DNA from: Geosiphon pyriformis uo1
Lineage: Eukaryota; Fungi; Glomeromycota
Direction: 5' to 3'
Length of the DNA: 64,000 nucleotides
Assembly: GCA_016748015.1 (NCBI GenBank)
Contig: JAAOMT010000261.1
Span: 12,733 to 76,732, forward strand
Made by a program: the position numbers and the translations under genes. Of this stretch, positions 1 to 11,008 are shown piece after piece. The notes beneath the pieces were generated by a model. The model did not search any database and was not told the DNA's origin. It saw only the letters and a program-made list of their open reading frames with translations. Position 1 is the first letter of the stretch, and every line of letters begins with the position of its first letter.

Positions 1-317
1 ATGATAATGGAAGAGAACGTGTAATTGCTTATGCCAGCAGAAGTCTCAGTACAGCAGAACAAAACTATGCAGCACATGAACTTGAATGCTTAGCAGTAGT
101 CTGGAGTTGTGTTCACTTTGACACATATTTACGGTACCAACCCTTTGAGATTACGACAGATCATAGAGGTCTGGTCTGGTTAAATAACAAGAAAGTGCTA
201 AAAGGAAAATACGCCAGATGGTCACAAACGTTAGCACCATACAATTATATTATCAAATACAAAGAAGATACCAAAAATGCTAATGCCGACTGTTTGTCAA
301 GAATGAGACACACATAA
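1..317 (+). pseudogene. Ty3/Gypsy family C pol fragment, RNase H C-terminal part
   Basis: Reads ERVIAYASRSLSTAEQNYAAHELECLAVVW...TDHRGL...NANADCLSRMRHT, then TAA at 315-317. Confidence 0.9.
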
Positions 318-346
318 AAATCACCAACCCATCCGCCACAACAACA

Positions 347-671
347 ATGAACAACCACCTTTACAAAAACCTCAGCCAATACTTGGAAACACTACAAATA
401 GACGAAGAAATGCCAGTAAAAGAGCTAATTAAGCTCCAAAAATTAGCAAAACACTATTTCATCCAAAATCACATACTTTATTACCGGAATCGACAAAATC
501 CAGATAATCTATTAAGAGTTATAACCACAGATGAAAAAGAAACTATCTTATTTAACATGCACTTAGATATTTATTCAGGCCATTTTGGAAAAACAGCAAC
601 CATCTAACGTGCAACTAGCCGTTACTATTGGCCAAAAATGAGCTCAGACATAATCCAATACATAAGAAATT
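347..671 (+). pseudogene. Family C integrase N-terminus (HHCC region), truncated by an internal deletion
   Basis: MNNHLY...ILFNMHLDIYSGHFG..RYYWPKM; the sequence jumps at about 671 directly to the pre-PPT region. Confidence 0.85.
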
Positions 672-685
672 AACTTCGATTTCGA

Positions 686-714
686 CAGAGCTCAATCTTG
701 AAAGGAGAGGATAA
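686..714 (+). promoter_or_regulatory. Family C GAGCTCAAT motif plus polypurine tract
   Basis: cagagctcaatcttgaaaggagaggataa immediately before the LTR start TGTTACAG at 715. Confidence 0.8.
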
Positions 715-891
715 TGTTACAGTTTAAGAATTTAGCAAAAAGAATCATAAAAATAATACAAACTATTTAATCATAATATAGCACAGTAATAATCTTAGAA
801 AGGTAATGATTAACATAGTAGCAAACACCAGGTTGAAATATCAAAAAGAAAGTATTTTCTCGTAGAACTACAAACATCTATATATACAGTA

Positions 892-911
892 NNNNNNNNN
901 NNNNNNNNNNN
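892..911. other. Assembly gap (20 N)
   Basis: Run of n. Confidence 1.
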
Positions 912-1459
912 GTCTACTTGGATGATACAAATGTTTTCTCGTCAAAATTCACGGATCATCTCCAACATTTACAACAAGTTTTTGAGAGATTGAGACACAC
1001 TGGACTTAAACTAAATCTAGAAAAATGTTTCTTTGGGAAAAATGAGCTAGCATTTTTAGGACACGTAGTTGGAAAAAATGGAATAAAACCAGATCCATCA
1101 AAAATAGACAAAGTGAAAAATTTTCCAGTACCTCGAAACGTTTCAGAAGTTAGAAGCTTTTTAGGACTCGCATCTTACTACTGCCGCTTTGTAGAAAACT
1201 TCTCAAACATTGCCAAACCCCTTAATTACCTACTATCTAAAAATGTGAAGTTTGAATGGACTGAAGCACAACAAAAAGCTTTTGAGTACCTTAGACAAAA
1301 GCTCATTGAATCACCAATAATGATCTATCCGAATTTCAACAAGAAATTCATTTTGGCCACAGATGCCTCTGGAACTGAACTTGGAGCCATTCTGTCACAA
1401 AAAGATGATAATGGAAGAGAACATGTAATCGCTTATGCCAGCAGAAGTCTCAGTACAGC
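912..1459 (+). pseudogene. Gypsy RT-RNase H fragment, probably misplaced by assembly
   Basis: VYLDD, FLGHVV, RSFLGLASYY, TDAS and VIAYASR motifs; 1405-1462 nearly duplicates window 1-58; ends in adapter sequence. Confidence 0.85.
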
Positions 1460-1478
1460 AGATGTGTATAAGAGACAG
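1460..1478 (+). other. Tn5 mosaic end / Nextera adapter (artefact)
   Basis: Exact AGATGTGTATAAGAGACAG at the RNase H/LTR junction. Confidence 0.97.
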
Positions 1479-2113
1479 CCATTAACATTCTGTGTTTCTA
1501 GATTAGAGAAACACATCAGGCAATTGCAAGGATAGCCTCAGAGAAGACCCCAGACAGTGGGTAGATTTCAGTTCAGCCTCTGAGAAGGAGTACATAAACA
1601 CATACAACAATCAAGAATTAAAGAATAACTTACATCACAACAGTAAAAAGAAAGCCTTCAGTGTAACAGTAACACTATCACACAAATAGAATTGAGGAAC
1701 TCACGAAAGACTGATTGCAATTAAAGCGGGATATCAGCAATTAAATATAACAAGAAAACTATCCCATAACACCATAAAGTCTTAGGCAATGGATCATACA
1801 AACTAAGACTTGATAACAAAATCTTAGCAAAAGTTGCACATGGAGATTGTTTGAAACACTATCATTCCAGAAACAATCCTGAACCATTAATTCCACAAAT
1901 CGGTACACATTCCCCTTTGGTCAATCCTGAAGACATTCCCCGAAACTTAGAACCAATAGTTGTCATTGAACAACCTTCCAATCTGAACACTTAATTTAAT
2001 TTTACTAGTTATTTTCTTATAATTTAGAAACAATCTCACAAAAACAAAACAAAAAATAACATAAAAACCCATACACCAAAAAAATAATTTTCTTTTATTT
2101 CAAATCGCTTATA

Positions 2114-2833
2114 ATGACTATTCCTCAAAACATTCAACAATTATCCCAAAAACTAATGTTAGCTTTAAAAACAATACCCGAATTATCCATTACTGTTACT
2201 GGAAACCACATTAATTATATCCAAACAGAAGTAGTTACAAATTTAGCCCCAAATTCACGAAAATATCACCCGTATAAAAAGAACACAAAAAGTTATACTG
2301 GAATTCACCTCCCAGAACTTTTAAAGCTTGCTTTAAGAGAAAACTTAATGCCCACTCTGATTAGTATTCCACCAAATGCTACAATTCAACAAAAACTTTA
2401 ACTGTGTCTCAATAAGGAAAACACTGAATATTCTCCAATCTATAGATATTTTCACATAAGAAAAACACTCTACGAACGGAAACTGGAACTTACAACAGCA
2501 AACTTCACAAAAGAGGCTATTCAAAAACAACTTTACAATGAATTCAAAACAACAACTGGATCAACAAACAGTCGCTACAGGCTTAGAGCTGCCCTTAGAC
2601 TTTATGACCTATTCCACACCTGTGAAAATGTACTACAAAACCCAATTTTTCAACCTTTGAAGATTCAATACATTGGAAAGCTCACAGAACTGAAATTTCA
2701 ACAATTTTCAGACCAAATTTTTTCAATAATTTTGGATTATTATCTGGAAATAACAGACAGTACTTGGATTTCAACGGAGCTCAGTCTTGAGGAGGAGGTT
2801 ATGTTACCAGATGAAATTAGAGATATTATTTAG
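2114..2833 (+). pseudogene. Family A ORF3 (unknown protein in the env position), running through the PPT into the LTR
   Basis: MTIPQNIQQLSQKL...YRYFHI.KTLYERK...RAALRLYDLF...IQYIGKLTELKF...TELSLEEEVMLPDEIRDII*; homologous to 41720-42430. Confidence 0.8.
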
Positions 2834-3781
2834 CATGAAATTATCTTATAATTCCTATCATTAATTAGCATATATTATCATTTCAAATGATCACTTATTA
2901 TATTAGCAAAAATGTCCGAAATTATCATTTAATTAATAACCCAAATTGTACACAACACAAATGTAACCTAATTGTGATGATCAATCATGCAATACCCCGA
3001 ACTATGTAACATTCAGAAGTTCGCCGAAATTTGTAGAAATTTGCCGAAATAATTGATAGTTCACCGAAATATCTAATAGTTTGCCGAAATAACTTGTAAT
3101 TTGCCAAAATGTATCTTTAGTTCAGCGAAATTTTAGAAAATAGCAAAGTTCAAGTTCATAAAATAGTGTTACAACAAGTTGTATAAAAGAAGAGCTTCTC
3201 TCTTTGAGAAAATGTATCTTATCTTAGATTTATCTCTTAAAAACTATTCCTATACACACAAAAAGAAATAAATATCAAATAATTCAAAAAACCAAATTCT
3301 TCAATTATTGTACTTGGAAAATCTCCAAAACCCAACTAACATTTCGAAATTGATTAGCTACCAATTTCAGTAAACTGTTAGTGACTTCAGGTCTGGATAG
3401 AAAACGTTTCCTTTGACAAAATTCTATTTTTTTTATATTTCTTTTATTTTCTTTTATTTCTTATTACAATCATTGGAGTAGCCTACAGACAAGATTCCTG
3501 TAGAAGAGTTGACTTTCACAGCAAAGTAACTACACATTTTTAGTGAGCTTCCAGATGAGCAATTCCTGGAAAAGAGTTGACGTTTACTACAACGTAACTA
3601 CATAAAGCAACTGGCATGGAATTGGCCATTCCACTCATAAGCCCAGCAAAGTTCAAATTATAGGAGATAATTTGAAGATAAATTCAGTTACTGGAGATTC
3701 AACCACATCCAGAAAACGTGAATTCACAGCAAACAAGCATCAACAACATTACAGAAAAGAGACCAAAAACCTCCGGTAACA
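2802..3781 (+). repeat. LTR family A (about 980 bp)
   Basis: TGTTACCAG...CCGGTAACA inverted ends; PPT gaggaggagg upstream; TATAAAAG near 3182. Confidence 0.95.
3020..3131 (+). repeat. About 20-bp-period TT(C/T)GCCGAAAT repeats in U3 of LTR A
   Basis: Six or more degenerate copies upstream of the TATA box, also present in the other A LTRs. Confidence 0.75.
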
Positions 3782-6294
3782 GTACCATAAATGTTTCAAT
3801 GATGGGTTTTTCTTCTTCCGGTTTGAATTCAAAAGCCAGGGCTTTTTTAGAGCATTTGTTGAATGTACCACAAGTGGCAGGTACCCAGACATGTTATTTT
3901 TGGTAGGAGATTGTTAACTCTTGTGTCTCCCAATTCAGATTAGCATTGGCTTTTTGAAGCCAATTATTTTCAATGAGAGCTTAGTACTGGAGCACATCCA
4001 TTATAAAAACTTTGACTAAAATAGTGATTCCATCAAGAGTGAACGGGAAATTGTCAATTTCTCCTACTGGAGTCTTTTTCATGCCATCGGCAGTAATGAT
4101 TACTGTTTGAGCTGGTTGGTTGACATTTCTCTTTAACTGTTGCATTAACTGGTAGGTGATGATGCTTCTGGCAGATCCATTGTCTAGGATCAAGTGAATT
4201 GTCTTTCCTTTGACTTCTGCTTTAGTGTACATAGCAGTGATTGTTTTTTGTTCATTGGCAGCTGCATTGCTAAGTAGGAATGGTGACTCATTTGCTTCAA
4301 ACTCAAAAGGGAATATGTCTGAAAGGTTGGCATTTTTAGCAATTCTGGCTAGTAGGATTGTGGTAGGAATATAGGAAGGGTTTTGTTGTCATGCTGCAGC
4401 TCTACCTTCTGAGAGTGCAGTATAGTAAAAATTCTGTTCTTCAAGTATTGTAAGATAGCTAGGTTGAGTATGATAATAGGTGGGTCTTGGCTGAGCTGGA
4501 TTTCGGGAAACTAATTGGTTGTTTGAATTGATTCTATTGTTGTTTACTTGGTATCAGTTTTGTAGTGTAAATTGATTTTATGGGCTTAATCTTCGAGCAG
4601 GCACTTGATAATGTTATGTGGGTGGTTGTTGGTATTGCTGTTGAATTGGCTATAGGGCAGGCTAATAATAGTTACTTTAATATTGAGGTCTTGGTGGATA
4701 GTAAGCTGGTGATGGTGGTTGATAATAAGATTGCTGTGGTGGAGAGTAATGTTGATTACTCTTATTTTGTTGGTCTCATTGTAGCTTTCTGCAATCTCTT
4801 TTCCAGTGGCCAAGAATTCTACAGTAATGGCAATTCTGAGGCTGGTTATTAGAAGATGATACGAAGTTGTTTTGATTCTGTCTTTGGAGTGGTTGATATC
4901 TTTGGGGTTGCTGTTGTTGTTAGTTGGTGAAATAGTTTTCGACTTTTTTTGTGAGTTGGTCAATTTTCTCTTCAGCTGCTGAGCTGGTCTCTTCAATGGC
5001 TAAGTTCATGAGTTTTGTATGATTGGCTTCTTTCATGGCCATTTCATATCTCTTTGCATGCTAAATGGCAGAGTTTAAATCTTCTGGGGCATGTAGGCAA
5101 ACTTTTTTAATCAGTTTATCCTTTAAACCAATGATAAATTGATCCAAAATTTGAGCATTGGAATAATAATCATTAGTTTCAAGTTGGCGAATTTGTCTGA
5201 GAAGTTTGTTGAATTTCCTAATATAAGTTATAACAGATTTGAAGGGTTCTTATTTGATATTGTGAAAACAATTTCAAAGAGTGATTGAGGTATTGTTATC
5301 AGTGAATTATTCTAAGAAGACAGTTTTGAAAGCTGTCCAGTCATTAAAAGGAGTGGTCAAGTTTTCAAACCATTCGCCTGCTGTTTTTTTGAGAAAGTAG
5401 GGAATTGTTCCTAACATTCTGGCAGCATTCCATTCATTTGCATTTCCAGCTTTAGTAATTTGGTCAAGCCATTCTTGGGGACTGGTTTCAATGTCTTCTC
5501 CATTGAATTCAGGGATTTTTGCAATGTATGCCATCATTTTGTCTTCTTTGTTTTCACTGTCTATTGATTCTTCTTCAGATATTTTAGAGTTGTTTTTTTC
5601 GTTTGCTGCTGTCTCAAAGTGTTCACTTCGATTTTCAGCTAGAAAGTCAAGAAGATTGGAACTAGTTTGAAGGGGTTCTTGTTGTCTGGTGGGACTTCTG
5701 GGTGATGTAAAATCTTCTAGTCTTGCAAATTGATTTAAGAGTGAATTAGGTGTTTGTGCTTGTGCAAATAAAGCTGGAAAAAGTGTGATAGTAAATGGAA
5801 GTTTTGAACTGGTTCCTTGTTTAGGTGTTTGTAAGTGTTTGGCAGTTGTTTTTGGTAGTATTGGAGTATTTGGAGTGGTTTTTGAGTATTGCTTCAATTT
5901 TTGTTTGCTTTTATTGCTTGTTTCTGTCTCTGATTCAAAATCAATGGAGTATTGAGACTACACTAGGTATGTTTTTTCACAGTACTTGATAATGTTAAAA
6001 TTTAGTTCTTGAAAGTAAGTGGCAAGTGTTTTACTGTTAAGGTTTTCAGTTTCCAATTGTGAATAGTGTACTAAATTATTGTAAAGATTGCTTCTAACTT
6101 CTGAGATATTGTAATTTCCAAAAAGATAATTGTTGATGCAGTTTTCAATGTATTGGTATACTGATTTCTTGACAACTTCAATTCCGTCTGGAATGTTGAA
6201 TTTTTGCTTGCAGTGAGTGTAAATTGATTGGTAATACTCTAGAGTTGTTGCATCTGGTGTGGTCACCACTTTGAAGTTGTTTTTGCTGTATTGT

Positions 6295-6312
6295 TTCTGT
6301 GGGAGAGCACCA
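6295..6312 (-). promoter_or_regulatory. Primer binding site, family A
   Basis: TGGTGCTCTCCCACAGAA two nt after the LTR end; implies a tRNA ending GGAGAGCA-CCA (identity uncertain, possibly Thr). Confidence 0.85.
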
Positions 6313-6314
6313 AA

Positions 6315-7298
6315 TGTTACTGGAGGTTTTTTGGTCTCTTTTCTTAAATGTTGTCGATGCTTGTTTGCTGTGAATTCACGTTTTCTGGATGTGGTTGAAC
6401 CTCCAGTAACTGAATTTATCTTCAAATTATCTCCTATAATTTGAACTGCTGGACTTCTAAGTGGAATGGCCAATTTCATGCCAATTACTTTGTATAGTTA
6501 CGTTGTAGTAAATGTCAACTCTTTCCCAGGAATTGCTCGTCTGGAAGCTCACTAAAAATGTGTAGTTACTTTGCTGTGAAAGTCAACTCTTCTACAAAAA
6601 TCTTGTCTATAGGCTACTCTAACAATTGTAATAAGAAAAGAAAAGAAAAATAAAAAAAATGTAAAAAGGAATAGAATTTTATCAAGGGAAACATTTTTCT
6701 ATTCAGGCCTGGAGTTACTAACAGTTTATTGAAATTGGTAGCTAATTAATTTCAAAACTGTTTAGTAGGAATTGGTTAATTTCAAAAGGGAAATAATTAA
6801 AAATTTGATTTTTCAATTTATTTAATATTTACTTCGTTTTTGTGTGTAAAAGATGATTCTAATTGTTAAATCTGAAGTAAGATACATTTTCTCGAAGAAA
6901 AAAGCTCTTCTTTTATACAACTTGTCATAACACTATTCTATGAACTTGAACTTTGCTATTTTCTACAATTTTGCTAAACTAAAGATACATTTCAGCGAAC
7001 TACAAGTTATTTCTGCAAACTATTAGATATTTCAGTGAACTATCAATTATTTTGGCAAATTTCTACAAATTTCGGCAAACTTTTTGAATATTACATAGTT
7101 TGGGGTATTGCATAATTGATCATCGCAATTAGGTTACATTTGTGTTATATACAAATTGGGTTATTAATTAAATGATAATTTCAGACATTTTGCTAATGTA
7201 ATAAGTGATAATTTGAAATGATAATATATGTTAATTAATGATAAGATTTATAAGGGTAATTTCATGCTAAACAATATTTCTAATTTTGTTTGGTAATA
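6315..7298 (-). repeat. LTR family A, 5' LTR
   Basis: Reverse complement of 2802-3781; outer TGT decayed to TAT. Confidence 0.93.
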
Positions 7299-7509
7299 AC
7301 ACCAAAACATATCAACTTGAAAGTTAGAAAAAAAACCGGAAATATCACAAAAGAATATTATCATTGAATTTTTGTTCATTATACAAAGGACTTAATCAAA
7401 ACTTTCAAATACAAAAATTTTCAGATATTATCAAAACATCAACAAGCTATTGAGCACTAAGTTATGGGTTTGTTATTTGTTTCTATATCCCAAATAATCA
7501 TCTATAATA
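7299..7509 (+). repeat. Decayed U5 end of a family B LTR, host of the A insertion
   Basis: Reverse complement tattatagatgattatttggg..caaataacaaacccataacttagtgctc..gataatatctgaaa matches 48565-48700. Confidence 0.75.
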
Positions 7510-9740
7510 ATGATTATGGCTATTCTTATATTACAAAAACTCATATCTAAACCAGAAGTAAAAATGCAAATTCCATCAAACTTATTCATAATCCATGGTC
7601 TAATATTAGACTTCAACTTGGTTTCCATAATAATAAAAATTGTGTTATCTAAATTTATATATTAACAAACAACATCTTCTTGCTTAATAGAAAAATTAAC
7701 TCTTTTAATATTACATGTAACAATTTTTCAGATCAAATTAGTCATTGTTAAAAAAAAGTATTCAAACTTAAATTTTTATTATTTATTTTGACCAGCAGAC
7801 CTATAATTATAACTAATAAATTGTTTATTCTTAAATTTTTTGACAATTAATTAATTCAAAAGCTTTACTTTTACAACAGTCTTATTATTAGTAACTGCAT
7901 TTAAACTTTTACTTATTATTATATTTACTCCTTAATTTTGTAATAAAAAAATCACTAATAATTAATATTCAAAATTAGACTAAAAAACCATTAATCCAAA
8001 TATATCTAACTTCTTAACCAACTTACCAACTTGTTCTGTAAGACTGTTAAAACTGTGTTTAAGAGTAGCAAATTTATTATTTACTTTCAAAGAAACCAAC
8101 AGAAAAAGTTTAGTACTTGAAAATAAATTAGCACCAAAAAAAACAAAGAAATTAAAATTATCAGCAACTTGAGTCTAAAACTTTTTACCAAATAAAACTA
8201 AACATACAATTAATGTCTGTTTCTTCTTATAAACAAATCTGATCTTAAGAATTAACTACCTATTTATTATGACCACTCAAATTTTTATTTATTAAACACA
8301 TATCAGAAACATGACCAAATTGTTTATACTAAGCACAACAGACCAAAAAAAGACCAGTTTAATACAAACTTACACTCTTAAAAACAGGAATAAAATTAAT
8401 AACAGTTTTTTTTAATATCTCATTAGCAAAACAAATTACAGCACATCTGTTATGTATATAAGAAACTAAATTATAGCCAATAAAACAAGTCTTTTTACTA
8501 TATGATTCTAACAAACCAAAAAAATTATAAGCTGTAATTCCAATTGCCAAAGTATATAACAAAGCTCAATAAAAATCTCTGAACACTTATATTTGTTTAT
8601 TATTAACAATCAATACTATATGTACTGAATTTTTTTTATGAAAGCTAACTATTTAGATACAATCAAATTAGCAATATCAGATAATTTAAACTTAACTAAA
8701 GTTTTTTGTCAAAGACCAATAAGCTATATTTTGATTAACACAATTTTACCAAATTTAGAAAAAACTAATTTTATAACTGATTTAAAAAAATTTACTGGGA
8801 TTTTTTTGACAATTATTTCCCAATTTGTATGGTTGTTTATTTTTTTAATATTATTATTAACTAGAATTTTCTTACAGATTGCCATTTTTTTAGTTTTTTT
8901 AAGCTCAATTTAAATATAAAAGATAATTTAATGATTTTTGAGAATTCTGAGAATTTTGAGAAAGTAGACATCTTTTCAAAACCATCTACACAATAAATTT
9001 TTTTTTACAATCATCAATTTATTACTAAATGTTTTTTTAAGCATAGCAAAAAGTTCAATATCCAATGCAAAAAATTTTACAAATTAAAATTTTGTTTTTT
9101 TAAAACACATAATCTGATCAATGATAACTGTTTAAAGCCAATAAACTTAGAAAAAAAAAGCATTAAAACATTGTCATTATTACTCAAATTATTAAACTGA
9201 GGTGTTTTTGATAAGTGTCCTAATATGTATGTTTGAGTGTGAGTTTTCTTTAATGTAGTTTTATCTATGTTCTTATTATTTATAGAAGTATTCAAATTTA
9301 CATAACCAATTTTTTCTGTAATTGTGTTTTTTATATTCTCTATATCTAAAAAACCACTAATATTACTTTTTATGCTATCAACTTTGCTTTTCCAAAACAC
9401 CACAAATTTAATAGCAGAATTTATAATATTTACTAGATTCAAAAAGCCAGTAGATAAGTCAACTATGTTAATATTGACTTTAAGTTTTTTTGGCTTTTTA
9501 TAAAACATACTATAAAAGTAGACATTCTTTAAACATTTTTTTTTAGTGCTTGAGTGGATTTTCAAACCAGCCAAATTAGAACCAAAACTATTAGCAGACA
9601 AATTTGCCAGTTTTATTACAATAAAAAAAGATGTGTTAAAAGAAATAACCAAAGAAAAAAAAAGAGAATAAAAAAAGCTATTTTTTCAGCAACTTTATGT
9701 TCTCATCATAACTAAAGAATTAACAAGAGAAAGAAATATA
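7510..9740 (-). mobile_element. Old decayed LINE 5' part (ORF1 and start of APE endonuclease)
   Basis: LYTLAIGITAYNFFGLLESYSKKTCFIG homologous to ORF1 at 20749; caATGA ORF1/ORF2 junction near 7745. Confidence 0.85.
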
Positions 9741-11008
9741 TTTTTTTTAAATTTATAATAATAATAATAATAATAATAACTTTTAAATAATTAAAATATA
9801 AATTTTATTTTATTTATTATTCTAATTTAATAAAAACATATAAAAAAACTTTTTAAGAATAATATTAATATTAATAAAGTTATATATTTTTACAACTTAT
9901 TTTTTATATACAATATATAATGTTTTTTTTGTTTATTTAGTAAAAATATTATTAAAAAAGTAAAATGTTTTTAAAAGTTTATTAAATTGAAAACTTTCTT
10001 ATATAAAATTAAAACTATTTTAATTATTTGTAAAAATAAAACAAAAATAATAATAACTTATTTAAATATATATTAAAAAAACAATATTTTTTTTATTAAA
10101 CTTATTTTTATATTAATCAAAAAATAATTAAAACCTAAAACAATAGAAAAAAGACAAAAATTCGTAAATATTAAAAAATCAAAATTCTATACTTTATAAA
10201 TAAATAAAAAATTTTATTTGTTTTAATTTTTTTAATTTAAAAAATTTTAATTTTATTAATAATAAATATATAATTAATGTAAATTAAATAATATAATTAA
10301 ATAATACAATTTTGTGCAAATTTATTAATATTATTAATATTATTATTAATTACCCTAAAATTTAAAAAGTAAACAGCTGCCTATTTTCGAAGCTTTAAAT
10401 ATATATTAAACAAATAAAAAAAACGTGTAAATATAAATATTTTAATATATTTAAAAACAATAATCATATAAAAACTTTTGAACTTTTTTGAAACTTTTAT
10501 AATATAATTTATATTTATTTAAACTATATATTTTTAGAATTGTTTTTATCTTTTTTTCTTAAATAAAAATATTATGAAAATATACCAATAAAAATGTATT
10601 TTATATTTTATATATACATAATGTAAATATTATTATGTTAAATGATTTTTATTTTACATTTTACAATAAATAAAAATTTAACTATTAGATATTTATTTTT
10701 AAAATTTACATCAAAAATTAATATACCCAAGAATTGAACTTGACAGAATTATGAAGGACTCGAATTTATAATGTTGGTCAATAAAGTAATCTTTGTGTAT
10801 TTTTGTGTGGCTTCTGTTTTGAAATTTCGAGTAGGGTAATAGACCAAATAACTGTTCGAGATTGAAACTCAGTCATATTATAAAAATTTTTGCTCATTAT
10901 CCTAATTTAATGATATTCATTCTGAACTAGAATTTTGGTGATCAAGAGACCTCCATATTCAAAGTAAAAGTGATAATTTAAAAAGACGTATCAACTTGAA
11001 TTTAATTC

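Larger units (their letters stand above)
715..1771 (+). mobile_element. Family C 3' LTR, interrupted by an N gap and an artefactual 912-1478 segment
   Basis: Starts TGTTACAG and ends CCATAACA; 715-891 and 1479-1771 match solo LTR 27850-28723. Confidence 0.8.
1772..3781 (+). mobile_element. Family A Gypsy 3' end: integrase C-terminus, ORF3, PPT and 3' LTR
   Basis: HKVLGNGSYKL...HGDCLKHY...LEPIVVIEQ; collinear with 41340-43372. Confidence 0.9.
3782..7298 (-). mobile_element. Family A Gypsy 5' part: 5' LTR, PBS, gag, protease
   Basis: LTR 6315-7298, PBS, MMAYIAKIPEF..PQEWL..WFENL capsid motif, CHYCRILGHWKRDC knuckle, ILDNGSARS protease. Confidence 0.92.

Noticed and set aside
3020-3131. Regularly spaced repeats as a CRISPR-like array
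   Set aside because: Units are about 10 nt, degenerate, lie inside LTR U3 and are copied in each LTR; no cas genes.
3507-3599. Iron-responsive elements
   Set aside because: Geometry is similar, but the bulge is G and the loops are not CAGUGN.
3548-3600. Hammerhead ribozyme (cagatgag...gaaa)
   Set aside because: Core is CAGA not CUGA, and no stem II can be formed.
5958-6479. Gag starting at an AUG inside the LTR
   Set aside because: The ATG is ACG/ACA/AAG in other copies, and read-through depends on an extra A found only in this copy.
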